From NCBI GenBank assembly GCA_964463185.1, contig CAYXBH010000002.1, forward strand, positions 1 to 29,872: a stretch of 29,872 nt of DNA. Reading direction: 5' to 3'. The DNA comes from an uncultured Azospirillum sp. GTDB taxonomy: Bacteria > Pseudomonadota > Alphaproteobacteria > RF32 > CAG-239. Each line of letters opens with the position of its first letter. Position 1 is the first letter of the stretch. This document shows positions 28,297-29,872 of the stretch, piece after piece. Position numbers and translations under genes: made by a program. Below the pieces are notes generated by a model. It searched no databases. It was not told where the DNA came from and saw only the letters and a list, made by a program, of their open reading frames with translations.

Positions 28297-29244
28297 TTAT
28301 TCCGGACGGTATATTAAATACGCTTTGTTTTCATATACCAGACGATAATTTTCAGGCTTTTCAAAATAAAGTAAAAATTTCTTTGGCAACAACAGATAGT
28401 CACCCGCAGCAAATTCCCCCGAAGAAACTTCATAAGACTTACCAGAGGCATCGACATGCAAATCCAACGGCCGGGCATCGGTTTTTACGCGCACAGACAC
28501 GTCTTGCGGAAACACATACTTCAATGCCGCACCAAAACACGTAGCTTTCCACCATTTTAACGACAAGCCCTCAAGAGAATAAATATGCAGACTGACCGGT
28601 TCTTTTTTTGCCAAAGACAAAATAAATTCGGCAACTTCCCTTCGCTCCTTCCCCTGTTCTTGTTGTCGGATATCATAATTATTCACCGCCGACCACAAAA
28701 CAATCAGAACGCCCATTATCCACATTCCTGCTTTTCTTTTAAAAGCATCAAAAGTATACGCCGTACAAAAAACGGCCGGCAAATAAAGATAATAAGTTTT
28801 GCCACTGTCGGCCGCAGCCACCATTTGCAGTTTGAAAACCACAACCGCAGTCAACAATAGGCACCCCACAAGAACACCCTCGGCATACCAATGCACTTTT
28901 TCTGTTTTATCTTGGAAAATTTTGCCAACAGCCAACAACATTGCCACAATGTTCAGCAAAAGCTCAAATTTATAGGTATGCAAAATATTTTCCATATCTG
29001 CACGATGAACTGTCACATAAGCACCACTCAGTAACGGATCCTGCATCAGTAACCAACATGTAAAGAATATGAACAAGCTGAGAAAAAGCATATATTCAAC
29101 CGGCATTTTCCGCAAAGTTTTGAGAGGTGAAAGAAAAGATGAAAGAGTTATCTCACCGTTAAAAACCTTAACGACAACAAGGAAAAAAAGCAAACCGGTA
29201 TAGAGCAAAATATTCGTTGAAGTCAAACAGCGGCCACTGTACAT
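28297..29244 (-). CDS. N-terminally truncated paralog of the GT-C-like membrane protein (possibly a remnant)
   Basis: 24/51 identical residues in an ungapped hand alignment with the disrupted copy (TNILLY...MPVEY...); lacks the equivalent of roughly the first 230 aa; start uncertain (ATG 29244 or GTG 29271). Confidence 0.6.
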   Translation of the reverse strand: MYSGRCLTSTNILLYTGLLFFLVVVKVFNGEITLSSFLSPLKTLRKMPVEYMLFLSLFIFFTCWLLMQDPLLSGAYVTVHRADMENILHTYKFELLLNIVAMLLAVGKIFQDKTEKVHWYAEGVLVGCLLLTAVVVFKLQMVAAADSGKTYYLYLPAVFCTAYTFDAFKRKAGMWIMGVLIVLWSAVNNYDIRQQEQGKERREVAEFILSLAKKEPVSLHIYSLEGLSLKWWKATCFGAALKYVFPQDVSVRVKTDARPLDLHVDASGKSYEVSSGEFAAGDYLLLPKKFLLYFEKPENYRLVYENKAYLIYRPE

Positions 29245-29320
29245 TATCGACGAAAAAATAGCCTTTTCCACACGGCAACTAAAAACAGAAAAAAAGAACA
29301 AACCAAACAAAAAACCGTAA

Positions 29321-29764
29321 TTATGCCAGATTTTCAATCGTCTTGTGGACAGTAGCAAAATCTTTAACGACAAAAGTCGTAACCGGCGCCTGAGAATAGT
29401 GCTCAAACAAAATTTCATGTCCCAGACACAAACCGACATTAATGTTCAAATCTGTTTTTTGTTCGTTCAGATATTCTGCCTGCGACAGCGGATCACAACT
29501 GGGACCTTTCAGTTTTTGAGAAATTTCAGAAGCATCCAGCCCGCTTTCCTTGCAATGTATGTTGCAGACTTCAAAACCGGCCGCCTCCAAAAGCCCTGCC
29601 AGTTTTTTGGCATATGGCAACATACTGAAACAGTAGGCTATCCCCAGTTTCCTGAAACCGGACAAACGGGCAAAATTTATCAATTCCTGCAACCGGGATT
29701 TATTGCGGGCCTCCGCTGCTACAACCATCACTTCTTTATCTGCCTGCAAATATTTTTCAACCAT
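29321..29764 (-). CDS. DUF1847 family protein (putative metal-binding, uncharacterised)
   Basis: SRLQELI.FA...GFRKLGIAYC, GFEV..I.CK, C.P..QA..LN...TDLNI.VGLC.GH..LF..YS.APVTT..VKD motifs; GGAG RBS before ATG 29764 (alternative ATG 29776). Confidence 0.85.
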   Translation of the reverse strand: MVEKYLQADKEVMVVAAEARNKSRLQELINFARLSGFRKLGIAYCFSMLPYAKKLAGLLEAAGFEVCNIHCKESGLDASEISQKLKGPSCDPLSQAEYLNEQKTDLNINVGLCLGHEILFEHYSQAPVTTFVVKDFATVHKTIENLA

Positions 29765-29872
29765 ATTTTTCTCCATTTTTCTAGGAAAAGTACGATATAT
29801 ACGATATAATAGTACAATAAGAAATTTTTATTTAAAATTATCCTGATTTTGTTTTTTTTGCACTTTTCCCTT

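Noticed and set aside
1-29872. GC-skew inversion at dif
   Set aside because: Sample line counts were dominated by coding-strand bias and + genes looked C3-rich on both sides; unresolved without a computed cumulative or third-position skew, so not used as evidence
1-29872. tRNA, rRNA, CRISPR arrays, IS elements
   Set aside because: No T-loop/acceptor patterns, regularly spaced repeats, terminal inverted repeats or transposase ORFs seen

Overview
This is core-chromosome DNA of an alphaproteobacterium. The lineage call rests on ppiD<>tpiA-secG-pyrG-kdsA synteny, recO-parC, a stand-alone rpsD, DUF502 and mfd<>recG; an uncultured gut-type lineage is a guess. The key non-coding feature is a 28-bp dif-like Xer site at 9677-9704, 200 bp downstream of parC. 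Gene orientation (7/8 genes on the left, 13/15 on the right) and all 7 GGGNAGGG KOPS motifs I found by eye point towards it, so the window very probably spans the chromosome dimer-resolution/terminus region. The left arm carries ppiD, tpiA, secG, pyrG, a canonical-type pagP inserted between pyrG and kdsA, kdsA, recO and parC, which has Gly at the QRDR acidic position. The right arm carries yejF-yejE without yejAB, led by a 689-aa 5-TM protein with a degenerate sulfatase-like periplasmic domain. It continues with rpsD, DUF502, recJ, an OmpA-family lipoprotein, a DUF192 lipoprotein, mfd and recG. It ends in a lower-GC surface-glycosylation cassette: gtrA, a GT-C-like membrane gene broken by an in-frame TGA and a G7 frameshift, a GT2, a 5'-truncated paralog of the membrane gene, and DUF1847. 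I saw no tRNA, rRNA, CRISPR, IS or prophage. All family calls come from motif recognition by eye; no database search was run.
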